A DNA stretch of 64,000 nt from an uncultured Candidatus Saccharibacteria bacterium (GCA_964646415.1 CAZYEL010000004.1:539-64538), one strand, 5' to 3'. Counted from the first letter of the stretch, positions 29,216 through 39,402 are shown. The notes: generated by a model not told the origin, from the letters alone. A program made the numbers and translations.

Positions 29216-29923
29216 TTAGACTGCCATCTCCGGATTTTCCTTTTCGAGCACCTCGTACGCACATTGTCCGCCGCAATACTGCTCCACCAGTTCTTTTAAC
29301 TCCTTCGCCGCCGCATCAACCTCCCCTCTTCCCACCGGCGGGAGCCCTTCAATCACGAGCACCGCGTTTTTCGTGGATTCGGTGAGTTTCGTCCGCGCGG
29401 CTTCACGCCAATTCCACCGGCGGCAGAGCGCACCGACCTCGTCCTTGTAAATCACCTCGCCCGCATGCGGCGTGCGCGGCTCCTTGTCGCCCAAAAGCAG
29501 CGCGGGCGGCTCATTCGCTCCTGCGAAGGTGAGCACCACGTCGCCCCTCATGGCATTGATATCCTCCCCACCCACGGGCAGCATGTGCTTCAGGGAAATA
29601 AAGTTGTAAACATCCACCAGATTGTTGATGTGCCGCAGGTTCCCGCCGCCCAGCACAAGCCGGTATAAGTTCTCCACCGATGACTCATGCTCCTTCGGTT
29701 TTGCGCCGAATGCCGCGTATGCCTTTCGCCACACGTCAATTTTCGGGTCTTGCGGCAGCGCTTCCGCCTGGTAACTCGCGCGAATTCGTTCCTCCTCGCC
29801 CCGCAACTTCCCCTCCACCTCCGCAAGCGCACCGCCGGCATTATTCACCTCTTTCGCCACGACCACGCCGATGTGTAGTCCTTGAAATTTCTCAAAAACT
29901 TTATTACCTATGGATAGTTTCAT
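29216..29923 (-). CDS. B3/B4 tRNA-binding domain protein
   Basis: LVDVYNFISLKHMLPVGGEDIN and overall similarity to the B3_4 domain of PheT-related proteins. Confidence 0.6.
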   Translation of the reverse strand: MKLSIGNKVFEKFQGLHIGVVVAKEVNNAGGALAEVEGKLRGEEERIRASYQAEALPQDPKIDVWRKAYAAFGAKPKEHESSVENLYRLVLGGGNLRHINNLVDVYNFISLKHMLPVGGEDINAMRGDVVLTFAGANEPPALLLGDKEPRTPHAGEVIYKDEVGALCRRWNWREAARTKLTESTKNAVLVIEGLPPVGRGEVDAAAKELKELVEQYCGGQCAYEVLEKENPEMAV

Positions 29924-29984
29924 ATAAAAGTTAGATGAGTTTACTTTAGTTAGATAAAGTCAACGAATATAATTCTTAATAATG

Positions 29985-30260
29985 CTACGCACGCGTTATA
30001 AAAATAGAGAGTGCCTTCCCAAAACTTTCCCCATTAAAATATATCTCTTCCACCACATGACTTATATACATCCCCAACCCTATGGAAAGAATTGTTGAAT
30101 TCCCCATAAACAACCCGAGTAACACCGAAAACACAGCAGTCACGCTATGGTGAATCTGCCATCCGAAAATCATAAGCGGTCTGCCGGAGAAACCGTTGTA
30201 CCAAAGAAAGAACAGGAACGTGGCGACTGCCGTAGTTACTATTATGGAGAGAACCTGCAT
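29985..30260 (-). CDS. small membrane protein
   Basis: 91 aa, 3 TM helices. Confidence 0.35.
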   Translation of the reverse strand: MQVLSIIVTTAVATFLFFLWYNGFSGRPLMIFGWQIHHSVTAVFSVLLGLFMGNSTILSIGLGMYISHVVEEIYFNGESFGKALSIFITRA

Positions 30261-30276
30261 TGGAGCGTGTGCTAGT

Positions 30277-31140
30277 TTACAGCTTTCCTTCCTTAACCAA
30301 CTCCACGGCTGACTTTCCCTTCTGTACCTTCAAAACGGCTTCGGGCAAATCACGGAGCGCATCTTTGATTCTCTCTACTTGCTTAGGGGTAGTGTTCTTT
30401 GGAATATCGTTCACCGCAAAATATCCGAACTTATCCATCTCATTGCTTATCGCGATCTCCCCGCCAACTATTTTGCAAATGAAGGAGAACTGAACGGCAT
30501 TATCTTCCGGCTTGCCGTACACTCCCGCGAACTTCACTACTTCGACATCCAGCCCGGTTTCTTCCTTCGCTTCCCTCTTCACGCAGTCCCACGGCGCTTC
30601 TCCCTGTTCCATCCCGCCGCCCGGCAGATTCCACAAATCATAATCCCGCCGATGGCAGAGCAAGACTTTTTTGTTTTCGTCGAGAATTATCCCGAACGCA
30701 GCGACTTCAAATTGAGCTCTCACGGTTCTATTCTTAAGGAGCCGTGCGAGCGAATACTTGCCGGAACCGAATGCCACGAGCGCAAGCGCGGAGGAGAAGA
30801 GCACGAATACATACTCATACCCGCCGTTCGCGAGACTGAAGCCGTTCGCCGCATGCACTTTCCAAAACGCCACAAACATGATGACCGCGAGAATTATTCC
30901 CGCGTACCGCACGAAAATCCCAAGAATCATCGCGATGCCCCCAAGAAACTCCGCGTACGCCACCACGTATGCAAGCCACGCAGGAAACCCCATTGACGCG
31001 AAACCAGTCACCACCATATTCATATCGCCGAGCTTCAGCCACCCGGCGTGCATGAATACCGCGCCCAGCGCAATACGGACAAAGAAAACTCCCAAATCGG
31101 GATTATGCAAACGATGCAACGCCCCGTGAACAGTGTTCAT
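30277..31140 (-). CDS. DoxX-family membrane domain fused to a NUDIX hydrolase
   Basis: N-terminal 4-TM DoxX-like region, C-terminal Nudix box GGGMEQGEAPWDCVKREAKEETGL. Confidence 0.7.
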   Translation of the reverse strand: MNTVHGALHRLHNPDLGVFFVRIALGAVFMHAGWLKLGDMNMVVTGFASMGFPAWLAYVVAYAEFLGGIAMILGIFVRYAGIILAVIMFVAFWKVHAANGFSLANGGYEYVFVLFSSALALVAFGSGKYSLARLLKNRTVRAQFEVAAFGIILDENKKVLLCHRRDYDLWNLPGGGMEQGEAPWDCVKREAKEETGLDVEVVKFAGVYGKPEDNAVQFSFICKIVGGEIAISNEMDKFGYFAVNDIPKNTTPKQVERIKDALRDLPEAVLKVQKGKSAVELVKEGKL

Positions 31141-31171
31141 GTGGACCCAATAATTATTTTTTGCGCCCCCG

Positions 31172-32215
31172 TTATTTTACCATGCCCCCTTTTCTGCCGG
31201 AAACTTTCCCTCCGGACTTTCTCTGCGCGGGAATAAACGTTCCCTCAAACGCCCATTTCGTGCATTGCTTAACCTCCTGTTGTGTCATAATGCCCTCCGC
31301 GAGGAGAAATTCCTCTTCCTTCACCACGCTCGTGCGATACATCTCGGGTCCGTCGGTATTGATGGTTATGCGCACGCCGTTATCAAGGAACGTGCGGATA
31401 ATCGCGCGCAATTCGTCCACGCTTTTCAAAATGTTGTTGCGCAGGTTTGAAGTGGGGCACAATTCGAGAATGATTCCCTGCTTCGCGATTTCTTTGAGGA
31501 GCTTCTTGTCGCGCGCCGCCGCAAGCCCGTGCCCGATGCGCTGGGGCCGGATTTTTTGCACCACGTATCTTAGCTCTTCAAGGTCACCGGTTTCCCCCGC
31601 GTGCACGGTAAGTCCCAATCCCGCTTTGCGTGCCCGCAAAAAAAGCGGCGCATGCGCCGCCATGGAAAACGTGCGGTGGTCGGGTCCCGCGACATCAACC
31701 CCCACGATGCCGTCGTCGTGATAGCGAATCGCCTTCTCGAGCGTAATCGCATTCTGGGCGGGAGTAAACGTCCGGTCGAGGCACACGATAAGCCCGGCGC
31801 TTACCTGGGGATACTCCACCATCGCGCGCCGCATCCCCCAGAGCGCGGCAAGAATGATGAAATCAAGGTCACGCTCCCCCGTGCGGTTCCGCTTCATCGG
31901 GCTGAACCGCAACTCCTGGAGCACCAGGTTGCACTTGCGATAGCCGCCGCCGATCACCGAATGCACCGCCTCCTCCATCGCTTCGGGAGACGACTGGATA
32001 AGTTCGGTGAGGTGATAGTACTTCTTGTCCATCTCCTCCACGCCCCTATTTTTTTCGCTCGAGGACATCGTAATCATCTCCTCGAAATCCCAGTAGTCCT
32101 TCACGGGGAGGCGTATCCCCTGCCGGTGCGCAATCGTCCACATGATGACGGGGTCCACCGCCGCACCAAGATGGGTGTGAAGCTCCGCACGCGGCGTCAT
32201 GGTTCGTTGCGTCAT
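31172..32215 (-). CDS. add: adenosine deaminase family protein
   Basis: ELHTHLGAA, HAGE, ELCPTSN, INTDGP metal-ligand motifs. Confidence 0.75.
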   Translation of the reverse strand: MTQRTMTPRAELHTHLGAAVDPVIMWTIAHRQGIRLPVKDYWDFEEMITMSSSEKNRGVEEMDKKYYHLTELIQSSPEAMEEAVHSVIGGGYRKCNLVLQELRFSPMKRNRTGERDLDFIILAALWGMRRAMVEYPQVSAGLIVCLDRTFTPAQNAITLEKAIRYHDDGIVGVDVAGPDHRTFSMAAHAPLFLRARKAGLGLTVHAGETGDLEELRYVVQKIRPQRIGHGLAAARDKKLLKEIAKQGIILELCPTSNLRNNILKSVDELRAIIRTFLDNGVRITINTDGPEMYRTSVVKEEEFLLAEGIMTQQEVKQCTKWAFEGTFIPAQRKSGGKVSGRKGGMVK

Positions 32216-32300
32216 AGGTCTTATATTGGGAGCAATTATAGACGATACGCGCGGGGCCGCAAGAACGTGCTCTGTGCAAATAATCGCCAGCCCTTCCCAT

Positions 32301-32957
32301 CTAGCTTATCTGCTTTTTGTGCAAATCCGAAAACAAAGAAACGGTTCTGCTGAAGTCCTTTTCGGCGACTATGAAAATCAATTCGGTGTACGTTGAAACT
32401 ATTTCGGCAATGTTAATGCGGGCACGGGCGATTACCGAGACAAGAGAAAACAAGGTATTGGGTATGGTGAAATGTTTCGGGTCGAATGAAATCCCGACGG
32501 CGGCAAGATTGTGCGCGACAAATTTCGGCTTTACGCCGAAATGTTTCAATACTTTGTTCGCCATGCCGGATGAGCACACCACGCTCAATTCGGTGGTGCT
32601 TACGGTCGTGGTGAAAAAGTCCTCGCGGGCGATGGATATTTTTTTATGAAAGGATTCAAGCTTGTCGATTGACATGTTCGCATTTTCATAGATTATTTCC
32701 GAAAGCGGGAGCTTGGTAGTGATGTTTGTTATGGCGACTTCTTGTATGAGCGGTTTTTCTTTTTTGAACTCCTTCCGGAGACGCGAAAGAGAAACCACCA
32801 AGCCGTTCACGGTTACTTGTTTTTTGGCGAGCGCCTCCACGGCGGGACGTATGCGGGACGCATAGCCGCTCATGTTCATATAGCCGTTGGTAAGCGCGAT
32901 ATAGGCCTCTATTTCCCCCATCACAATATCCCGCACAATCGGTTGTATTTTTATCAT
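32301..32957 (-). CDS. ACT-domain-like hypothetical protein
   Basis: tandem beta-alpha-beta-beta-alpha-beta-like segments (LAAVGISFD...INIAEIVSTYTELIFIV) resembling the aspartokinase regulatory domain. Confidence 0.4.
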   Translation of the reverse strand: MIKIQPIVRDIVMGEIEAYIALTNGYMNMSGYASRIRPAVEALAKKQVTVNGLVVSLSRLRKEFKKEKPLIQEVAITNITTKLPLSEIIYENANMSIDKLESFHKKISIAREDFFTTTVSTTELSVVCSSGMANKVLKHFGVKPKFVAHNLAAVGISFDPKHFTIPNTLFSLVSVIARARINIAEIVSTYTELIFIVAEKDFSRTVSLFSDLHKKQIS

Positions 32958-33094
32958 ATTCGGTATTCTAACAAATATTACAAAAAGTGCAATCCTTGTT
33001 GTAAATGTTGAAAAACTTAACTTCTTAAAACGGAACTGCTAGGTTTGAGGCACGTTGCGAACACTCGCAACCGTAACCAGTCCCTTTAAAACAA

Positions 33095-34015
33095 ATGAAC
33101 ACTCCAAGTATCGGGTCGGTCGGCCTCACGGTCGACGCCGGCAACAAGCGCGTAAAAGTCTTGCGCACGGAAGTCTTTACTTCGATAGAAGAGGCGAAAG
33201 CCGCTTTGATTGAAGGCGTCGCCGGAAGCTGCGACGCAAAAAGACTTCTCTCGGGGAAAACCGCGCGCTTCACCGCGCGGGTAATCGGAAGTAATCTGGG
33301 CACCATTACCCCATTCCCTCTCCCCGGCGGCATAGCCGTCCAAGAAGAAGCGCGCATTCGTACCGCTTCGGGTCTGGACGTGGTCTACGTGGGCGGCAAC
33401 GCACGCGAACGACTGAACGCACAGGGCTTAGCCGAAGAACAACAGCTCTCGGCGGAAGCCACGCGCTGGCATCCGCAATCGGCGGCGGCCTTCACTCATC
33501 CGGAAGAGGCGACTTTCGAGCGGCTCACCTCCTCCGTATCAGACGCCGACGTGGCGGAACTGGTTGCAATGTACCACCTCTGCTTTACCTCATACCTCGT
33601 CCCCCTTGATGAGGCACTCGTACGGGGTGCGGCGGCGAATTCAATCTTCTTCGTTGCGCGCAACGGGGATGGCCGCATCATTGCTTCGGCAATCGGCGAA
33701 TCCCTCCGGGTCGGGCCGCTCACGCTGCTTGAAGTTTCGGAAGAAGCTGCGCACCCGAAGTTGAGAATCAGGGGCGCAGCCTCCGGGTGCGCCAGGATGG
33801 TAATCGCCGAAGGGAGACAGTCCCTTGAACCTCCCGTAGTGGCATTCTGGGAGGCGAGAATGTGGCGGAACATTCTCGGCATGGGGCAGGCCGTTGGCCT
33901 AACCAAACTGGGCGGCGTTCTCCACCAGCACTGCACAATCGCTTCCCCCCCGGAGTTCACAAGTCTGTCGAACAAAGGCGAGTTTGGCAGTCTCGCGGTG
34001 TTTTATGCGCCGTAG
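33095..34015 (+). CDS. hypothetical protein
   Basis: 306-aa ORF in a GC-rich stretch, no motif recognised; could be over-called. Confidence 0.35.
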   Translation: MNTPSIGSVGLTVDAGNKRVKVLRTEVFTSIEEAKAALIEGVAGSCDAKRLLSGKTARFTARVIGSNLGTITPFPLPGGIAVQEEARIRTASGLDVVYVGGNARERLNAQGLAEEQQLSAEATRWHPQSAAAFTHPEEATFERLTSSVSDADVAELVAMYHLCFTSYLVPLDEALVRGAAANSIFFVARNGDGRIIASAIGESLRVGPLTLLEVSEEAAHPKLRIRGAASGCARMVIAEGRQSLEPPVVAFWEARMWRNILGMGQAVGLTKLGGVLHQHCTIASPPEFTSLSNKGEFGSLAVFYAP

Positions 34016-34093
34016 TCAATGATTTGATGGAGTCGGCCGGGTACCAACTCGTGCCGACTCCACAATCAAAAACCATGAAATATAATTAAAACA

Positions 34094-34804
34094 ATGACGA
34101 TAGGCTCAATAAGAAAATATGCAAATTCGGTAAGAGAGGTCCTTGCGGGATATAAAGACATGGGCGCGGTCATTCCGGCGCATTTTTTGAAAACGTCTCC
34201 GTATATTTTTGATTTCAGCGGGAAGAATAAAAAGCTCACGGCGCTTGATTTGAATAACGCCGAAGAATTTATCGGCTACATAACCGCCACGCTCAAAAAC
34301 AACCGATGCATTTTCGGCGTTGGAGGGTATGGCGAAAAGAGAATCATCTACCGTCGCAGCAATTTGTTCGAAAGCGACGCGGAGCCCCGTTCGATACACT
34401 TGGGAGTTGATGTGTGGATGCCCGCAAAAACCCCCGTGTATTCCCCGCTGCCGGGGGTGCTCCATAGTTTCAAAGACAATAATAATTTCGGCGACTACGG
34501 TCCGACGATTATTCTCCGGCATTCCCTGCGGGGAATCACGTTTTTCACTCTCTATGGACATTTGAGCAGGCTCTCACTAAAAAATCTCAAAGAGGGAATG
34601 AAAATAAAAAAAGGGCATCGGATAGCGGCTCTGGGAAACTATAACGAAAACGGCCAATGGCCGCCGCATCTGCATTTTCAATTGATTTCCGATTTGCTCG
34701 GCAAAAAAGGAGATTTCCCGGGGGTAGCGAGCGTGTCCGAAAAAAAATACTATTTAACCCTTTGCCCGGACCCCGATGTAATTCTAAGGGTCAATAAGGT
34801 ATAG
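34094..34804 (+). CDS. M23 family metallopeptidase
   Basis: HLGVD, YGH and PHLHF zinc-ligand motifs. Confidence 0.7.
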   Translation: MTIGSIRKYANSVREVLAGYKDMGAVIPAHFLKTSPYIFDFSGKNKKLTALDLNNAEEFIGYITATLKNNRCIFGVGGYGEKRIIYRRSNLFESDAEPRSIHLGVDVWMPAKTPVYSPLPGVLHSFKDNNNFGDYGPTIILRHSLRGITFFTLYGHLSRLSLKNLKEGMKIKKGHRIAALGNYNENGQWPPHLHFQLISDLLGKKGDFPGVASVSEKKYYLTLCPDPDVILRVNKV

Positions 34805-34811
34805 TGTCCGC

Positions 34812-35546
34812 ATGTTTCGCAAACGCACACAACCCGCAAAAGCCCCCGCGCAGGGGCCGGTGGAGCCCCGTTTCCCCATGCGCATCAACAAATACCTTGC
34901 CTGGAAAAATTACGGTACGCGGCGCGAGGGAGATTCCCTCGTCCAAGAAGGGCGAGTCCTCCTGAACGGCAGACGCGCAGAGCTCGGGGACAAAGTGTAT
35001 GAAAAGGATAACGTGGAAGTGCGCTTCCACCCGAAAAAGTACCGCTACGTCGCCTGGAACAAACCGCGCAGCACGTTCAGCTCTTCGATGGAAGAAGAGG
35101 GTGATGAGCAGTCCCCCATCCCGGGGCTCTTCCCGGTGGGGCAGCTCGACAAGTATTCGCGCGGGCTTGTGATTTTAACCGACGACGGCCGGATTACCGC
35201 GCGGCTTCTGAACACCTCCTATGCGGCGGAAAAGGAGTATGTCGTCACGACCAAAGAAACAATCTCGCCGAGCTTCAAGAAAAGAATGGAGCAGGGCGTG
35301 AATATCGAAGGATACATGACGCAGCCCTGCCGCGTGGAATTGCTTGAGGGGAACCGGTTTTCAATCGTGCTCACCGAAGACAAGAAGCATCAACTGCGGC
35401 GGATGTGCGCCGCGCTCGACCACACGACCGACACCATTGAGCGCCGCCGCATCGCAAACATTGAGCTCTCCGGCATTCCCTCGGGCGAGCACCGCGCAAT
35501 CGAAGGAACAGAACTTGAAACTTTCCTCAAAGCGCTGGGGATGTAG
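34812..35546 (+). CDS. RNA pseudouridine synthase (RsuA/RluB family)
   Basis: S4-like N-terminus; catalytic VGQLDKYSRGLVILTDDG. Confidence 0.8.
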   Translation: MFRKRTQPAKAPAQGPVEPRFPMRINKYLAWKNYGTRREGDSLVQEGRVLLNGRRAELGDKVYEKDNVEVRFHPKKYRYVAWNKPRSTFSSSMEEEGDEQSPIPGLFPVGQLDKYSRGLVILTDDGRITARLLNTSYAAEKEYVVTTKETISPSFKKRMEQGVNIEGYMTQPCRVELLEGNRFSIVLTEDKKHQLRRMCAALDHTTDTIERRRIANIELSGIPSGEHRAIEGTELETFLKALGM

Positions 35547-35567
35547 GAAAATTTCTTTGTGCGGAAA

Positions 35568-35878
35568 CTAGCGGGTCGCACTCGCCACCTCCGCATCAAC
35601 CATCAGCACATATGAGGGCGTTGTAGCAAACGGTTTGTGCTTCACTCCTTTCGGAACCGTATACCCCTCGCCCTCTTGAAGCTCAATATTCCCCTTCTCT
35701 GTCCATATGGTAATCGCACCGCGATATACCAAAAGAATTCGTCGTACTCGTGCGAATGCTCGTGGTATTCGCCGTGGAACATTGCAATCCATAACACCTT
35801 GTCGTCGAAGGCGTCTAATGCCACGGGAGTCCACGGCTTCGTGATGGTTTTTATTACGGACTCGAGGTTGAATTTCAT
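35568..35878 (-). pseudogene. cupin-domain gene with a 1-nt frameshift
   Basis: cupin motif 1 (HGEYHEHSHEYDEFF) and motif 2 (GEGYTVPKGVKHKP) are in overlapping ORFs of different frame (35642-35965 and 35568-35834); the shift lies near a CTTTT run around 35750. Confidence 0.5.
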
Positions 35879-35933
35879 GTCGTAGTACTTATCTTCACTC
35901 TCACTTTCTACGTCATCATCATGGAATTCTCCA

Positions 35934-36401
35934 CTACGGCAATTGGATTTCGACTCTCTTATCAAGGTGAACTCCGTTGGATTCTTCGGAGTCGTTCATC
36001 CAAGCCTTCAAAGGCTTAGCTTTGTAAATCCTGCGCGGCGAATCGCCTGTAAATTGAGCGGCATCGCGTGGCGGCTTACTCTTGCGCGAGTAAAGGAGGC
36101 CAATCGCGTGACGCATTTCCGCCTCATCCTTTACTTCTTCGGCGCGCGCCTGGATATACACTCCTTCGCCGGTTCCTTCGGGAACCGTGGAGTCGTAAAT
36201 CACAAGAAAGACTTCCGGGTGCGCGGCTATGTTCTTCGTATGCTGCGTTGTTACGGGAGAAACCCAGTAGAACGTATAGTTTTTCTTGTCATACGCTGAA
36301 TACACCGGACTGCTCCAAGGCTTACCGTCGGGCGTTACGCTCGCGATAGTGATATAGAGTATCTTCTCTATGATTTCCTTTGCTCGCTTCGTGAAGTCCA
36401 T
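35934..36401 (-). CDS. pyridoxamine 5'-phosphate oxidase-like FMN-binding protein
   Basis: 155 aa, PNPOx split-barrel-like pattern. Confidence 0.55.
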   Translation of the reverse strand: MDFTKRAKEIIEKILYITIASVTPDGKPWSSPVYSAYDKKNYTFYWVSPVTTQHTKNIAAHPEVFLVIYDSTVPEGTGEGVYIQARAEEVKDEAEMRHAIGLLYSRKSKPPRDAAQFTGDSPRRIYKAKPLKAWMNDSEESNGVHLDKRVEIQLP

Positions 36402-36635
36402 ATCGTCAAATCAATTTAATTGGGCCGAAACTCATGTAAATATGATACCTTATTTCTCCGCCAGCTTCTCTACGAAAACCCGAATCATATTTCCAATATT
36501 CCCGGCTAGCCCGACACGTACAGGGTGAAAGTTGTGGCAATTGCTCCGTTTGAGTATACTGATGGACGGCAAAAACGCAGCAGTTCCTTGGCATATTGTT
36601 TCAAAGGTTGTCAAAGGCCGAAATTTACTTTTACT

Positions 36636-37304
36636 ATGAAAAAAATCATTGTATGCCTCGCCATTCTCATACTGGGAATTGGCATGCGGAGCGGGGCGGT
36701 GCACGCAGAAACGGTTGCGTTGGGCGCGAAGCCATTGAGCGCCGCGGAAATCGCCGTGATACAGGCGAAAATAAACTCGCTCAAAGCGGCGGCGGTGGAG
36801 CTTCAGGAACAGATAGCCGCGAGGCAGAGCTTGCAACACGCGCTCGACCTTGCAGCTGCGCTTGTAGTTCAAGTGAGGGGCAAGCTTACGTATTCGAGCG
36901 TGACGCCCCGCGAGAAAGCGGTGATGCGAGTGAATCTTACGGGAATCTCCGGTCGCCTTCTTGTAATACGAGACTCCCTGAACACTCCTCCGTTAGAGAA
37001 GACGATTGCCGTTGCGCGTCCGTCGCCCAAAGCACCCATGCAACCGGTGGTGGCGGAGAAACCGAAAGAAGTGGAGCAACCGGAAAAGCCCGCGGTAGCC
37101 GCGGTAGTCCCGCCGAGTACGTCCGCCAAAGAGACCAAAGAAGCGGGGACGTCGGCGGAGAAGGAGGAACAAACCGCCTCGCTTGCGGAAAATTCCAAAG
37201 GCTGGTACCCGTTCGCCGCGGTGCTCGTCCTTGCCGGATTTGCCGCCTTCGTGTGGTGGCTCCGCAGAGAGAAGGAAGAAGTCCCCGTCCTGCCGCAGTC
37301 CTAA
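36636..37304 (+). CDS. secreted protein with C-terminal TM anchor
   Basis: signal peptide MKKIIVCLAILILGIGMRSGAVHA, Ala/Pro/Glu-rich linker, C-terminal TM followed by RREKEE. Confidence 0.5.
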   Translation: MKKIIVCLAILILGIGMRSGAVHAETVALGAKPLSAAEIAVIQAKINSLKAAAVELQEQIAARQSLQHALDLAAALVVQVRGKLTYSSVTPREKAVMRVNLTGISGRLLVIRDSLNTPPLEKTIAVARPSPKAPMQPVVAEKPKEVEQPEKPAVAAVVPPSTSAKETKEAGTSAEKEEQTASLAENSKGWYPFAAVLVLAGFAAFVWWLRREKEEVPVLPQS

Positions 37305-37307
37305 CTC

Positions 37308-37332
37308 AAAATCCCCCGCGCAGGGGGATTTT
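37308..37332. terminator. bidirectional terminator hairpin between convergent genes
   Basis: AAAATCCCCCGCGCAGGGGGATTTT. Confidence 0.55.
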
Positions 37333-37398
37333 GATTTCTAGGGAACGAATTGAATTGGACCGAGGCGATAGAGCTACATACGAGCATTATACCGACCT

Positions 37399-38376
37399 TC
37401 ACGCCTTTGAGACAGACTCAAAATACGCCGTGAGGCGCGCCATGCCTTCCACGATATCCTGCTCCGCTCTTCCGAAGCAAATCCGTATATGCCCCTCTCC
37501 GCCCGGACCGAACGTACTCCCCGGAACCGTCGCAACCTTATTCCGCCGCAGAATGTCGAAGCAAAGAACTTCGCTCTCCCCTGCACTTTTCACTTTGGGA
37601 AAGAAGTAATAACTCCCCTCCGGCCACGTAAAGCTCATATGGTTTTTGAACGACTCAAGGCACTTGCCCATCAACGCGCGATGCCGCGCGTACTGCGGAA
37701 AAACGTCCGGCAGAATCCGGTCTTCGAACTTCAGCGCCGCGAGCGCCGCATACTGCGAAATCACCGGCGCGCAATTCACAACGTTGATTAAGTTTTTCCG
37801 GAAACGCGGGTCGTCCGCCAATTGATACGGCTTCTCCGGACCGTAGTAAAAGTTCCGGTAGACGTCGTCCGAGATGATGAGGAGATTCCGCCGGAGCGCC
37901 AGCTCCCCTATCGCTTCGAGTTCCGCGCGGGTGAACACCATCCCCGTGGGATTATGGGGATTGCAGAGAAGGATAGCGCGGGTGGCACCGGTGATTTTCC
38001 TCTCCAAACTTTGGAGATTCGGACGCCACCCCCGCGCCTCCTCCAGTTCCTCGCTCACGAGCTTTGCGCCGCAAAGCTCCACCGCGCGCGAGTATGCGCT
38101 GTAATAGGGCGAGAAGGTGATTACTTCATCCCCGCGCCCGAAAAGCGCGAGGCATATCACCGACAATGCCTCCATGGCGCCCGCGGTAATAAGCACTTCG
38201 CTCTCCGACGTAAGCCCCCACTTTAAGGCGACCAGTTCCCGCAACTCCGGAATACCCGCGGAGAGCGAGTACCGGTCAACCTTTCCCTTCGACAACGCCT
38301 CAATAGCCGCTTTCCTGATGAGCGCATGGGACTCGAGATACGGTATCCCCTGCGCTAATGACACAACTCCCCCCAA
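37399..38376 (-). CDS. pyridoxal-phosphate-dependent aminotransferase (class I)
   Basis: NPHNPTG, SDDVY, SFSK-like lysine region; no ATG start (the ORF begins at TTG) and ~30 N-terminal residues are missing relative to AspAT. Confidence 0.75.
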   Translation of the reverse strand: MGGVVSLAQGIPYLESHALIRKAAIEALSKGKVDRYSLSAGIPELRELVALKWGLTSESEVLITAGAMEALSVICLALFGRGDEVITFSPYYSAYSRAVELCGAKLVSEELEEARGWRPNLQSLERKITGATRAILLCNPHNPTGMVFTRAELEAIGELALRRNLLIISDDVYRNFYYGPEKPYQLADDPRFRKNLINVVNCAPVISQYAALAALKFEDRILPDVFPQYARHRALMGKCLESFKNHMSFTWPEGSYYFFPKVKSAGESEVLCFDILRRNKVATVPGSTFGPGGEGHIRICFGRAEQDIVEGMARLTAYFESVSKA

Positions 38377-38855
38377 TCCGATGCGCTTCGTTTTCTATCC
38401 TTTTTATTGCCGACAATGTGATGCCCATTCGACAAATTAAAAACACCCCGCTGTTCCGACTAAGTCAGGAACAAGGACGAGGGTGCTCGTGGTACCACCT
38501 TGCTTTCGCTCGGGCGTCTCCGCGCCGAACCTTGGGCTGACGGTTACCGCTCGGTAACGTGTATAAGCTTCCTCTTCGTAACGGCGAGGTTCCGGCACTG
38601 CTCATCGCAGGCAGCTCCTGAGTGGCTCGGGAACTCGCGTTCCCCTTATTGAAACGAATGATCTCTGCCCAATCAGAAATCTCGCTTGGAAAATAGGCAT
38701 CTTTCTTGTGCCCTCTTAGAAGATTCTCGGTTCGATCCCCCGAATTTCCCCACAAGGAGGAGGCGTCCAACTCTTAATGCCTCCCAATCCCAATCCTCCC
38801 CCCACCTTCTTTCGCCACCATCTCCACTTCTCCGCCAAAGTTTATAGCCGTAGAT

Positions 38856-39221
38856 TCAGCTCGCTATTTCAAAGATCTTTTTGACTAAACCTGTCCGTGC
38901 GTAAAATGCGCGAGTTATAGGTCGGCGTTCGCCGGTTCGAGGATTTATCCCACCAGTCCCTTTTGTTCTCGCTTGTATCCATTTTCCATCCTTACCAGTA
39001 AGCGCGCCGAAGCCGCGCTTAATAAGTTTTGCGCGGATAAAGTCGTAATCAGCTTCTATCTCCTTGATAAGGTCGTCATCCTTGGTAAAATCCAAACTTG
39101 TTACGCGAAGAAGTTTTGAACCTTTAGCGTTTTTGCCGTCCCATTGAACCGCGCAGAAGGCGATGGTTTTGAGCTTTGCCCAAACATGACTTTCAAAAAA
39201 TGAATGAGCTAGATATGCCAT
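38856..39221 (-). CDS. hypothetical protein downstream of the DpnI-like gene
   Basis: 121-aa ORF in an AT-rich segment. Confidence 0.35.
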   Translation of the reverse strand: MAYLAHSFFESHVWAKLKTIAFCAVQWDGKNAKGSKLLRVTSLDFTKDDDLIKEIEADYDFIRAKLIKRGFGALTGKDGKWIQARTKGTGGINPRTGERRPITRAFYARTGLVKKIFEIAS

Positions 39222-39400
39222 AGTTGAAATTTCGGATAACTTTCTCGGTCGTGAAATTTTAAGTCCTTATCGTCTTGCCAGACGAGTTCCGTAAACTGCT
39301 CAAAGTCCTCGCTGTAGCCGAGACACATTACTTTCAGACGATTGAGAGGATTGAATCGTAAAATAACTTTTGCCAAAAATGGCGTAAGTGGAATTTCCAT
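39209..39400 (-). CDS. hypothetical small protein
   Basis: 63-aa ORF overlapping the next ORF by 13 nt in another frame; the two may be one frameshifted gene. Confidence 0.25.
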   Translation of the reverse strand: MEIPLTPFLAKVILRFNPLNRLKVMCLGYSEDFEQFTELVWQDDKDLKFHDRESYPKFQLWHI

Positions 39401-39402
39401 AG

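Noticed and set aside
38700-38760. Possible tRNA or tmRNA 3' end (GGTTCGATCC T-loop-like motif, acceptor-like tail)
   Set aside because: The flanking 5-mers (CTCGG/CCCCG) do not form a T-stem. No complementary 5' acceptor strand lies within tRNA range. No tmRNA tag-like reading frame or 5' GGGG partner was found upstream. Kept only as a generic ncRNA/att-remnant candidate.
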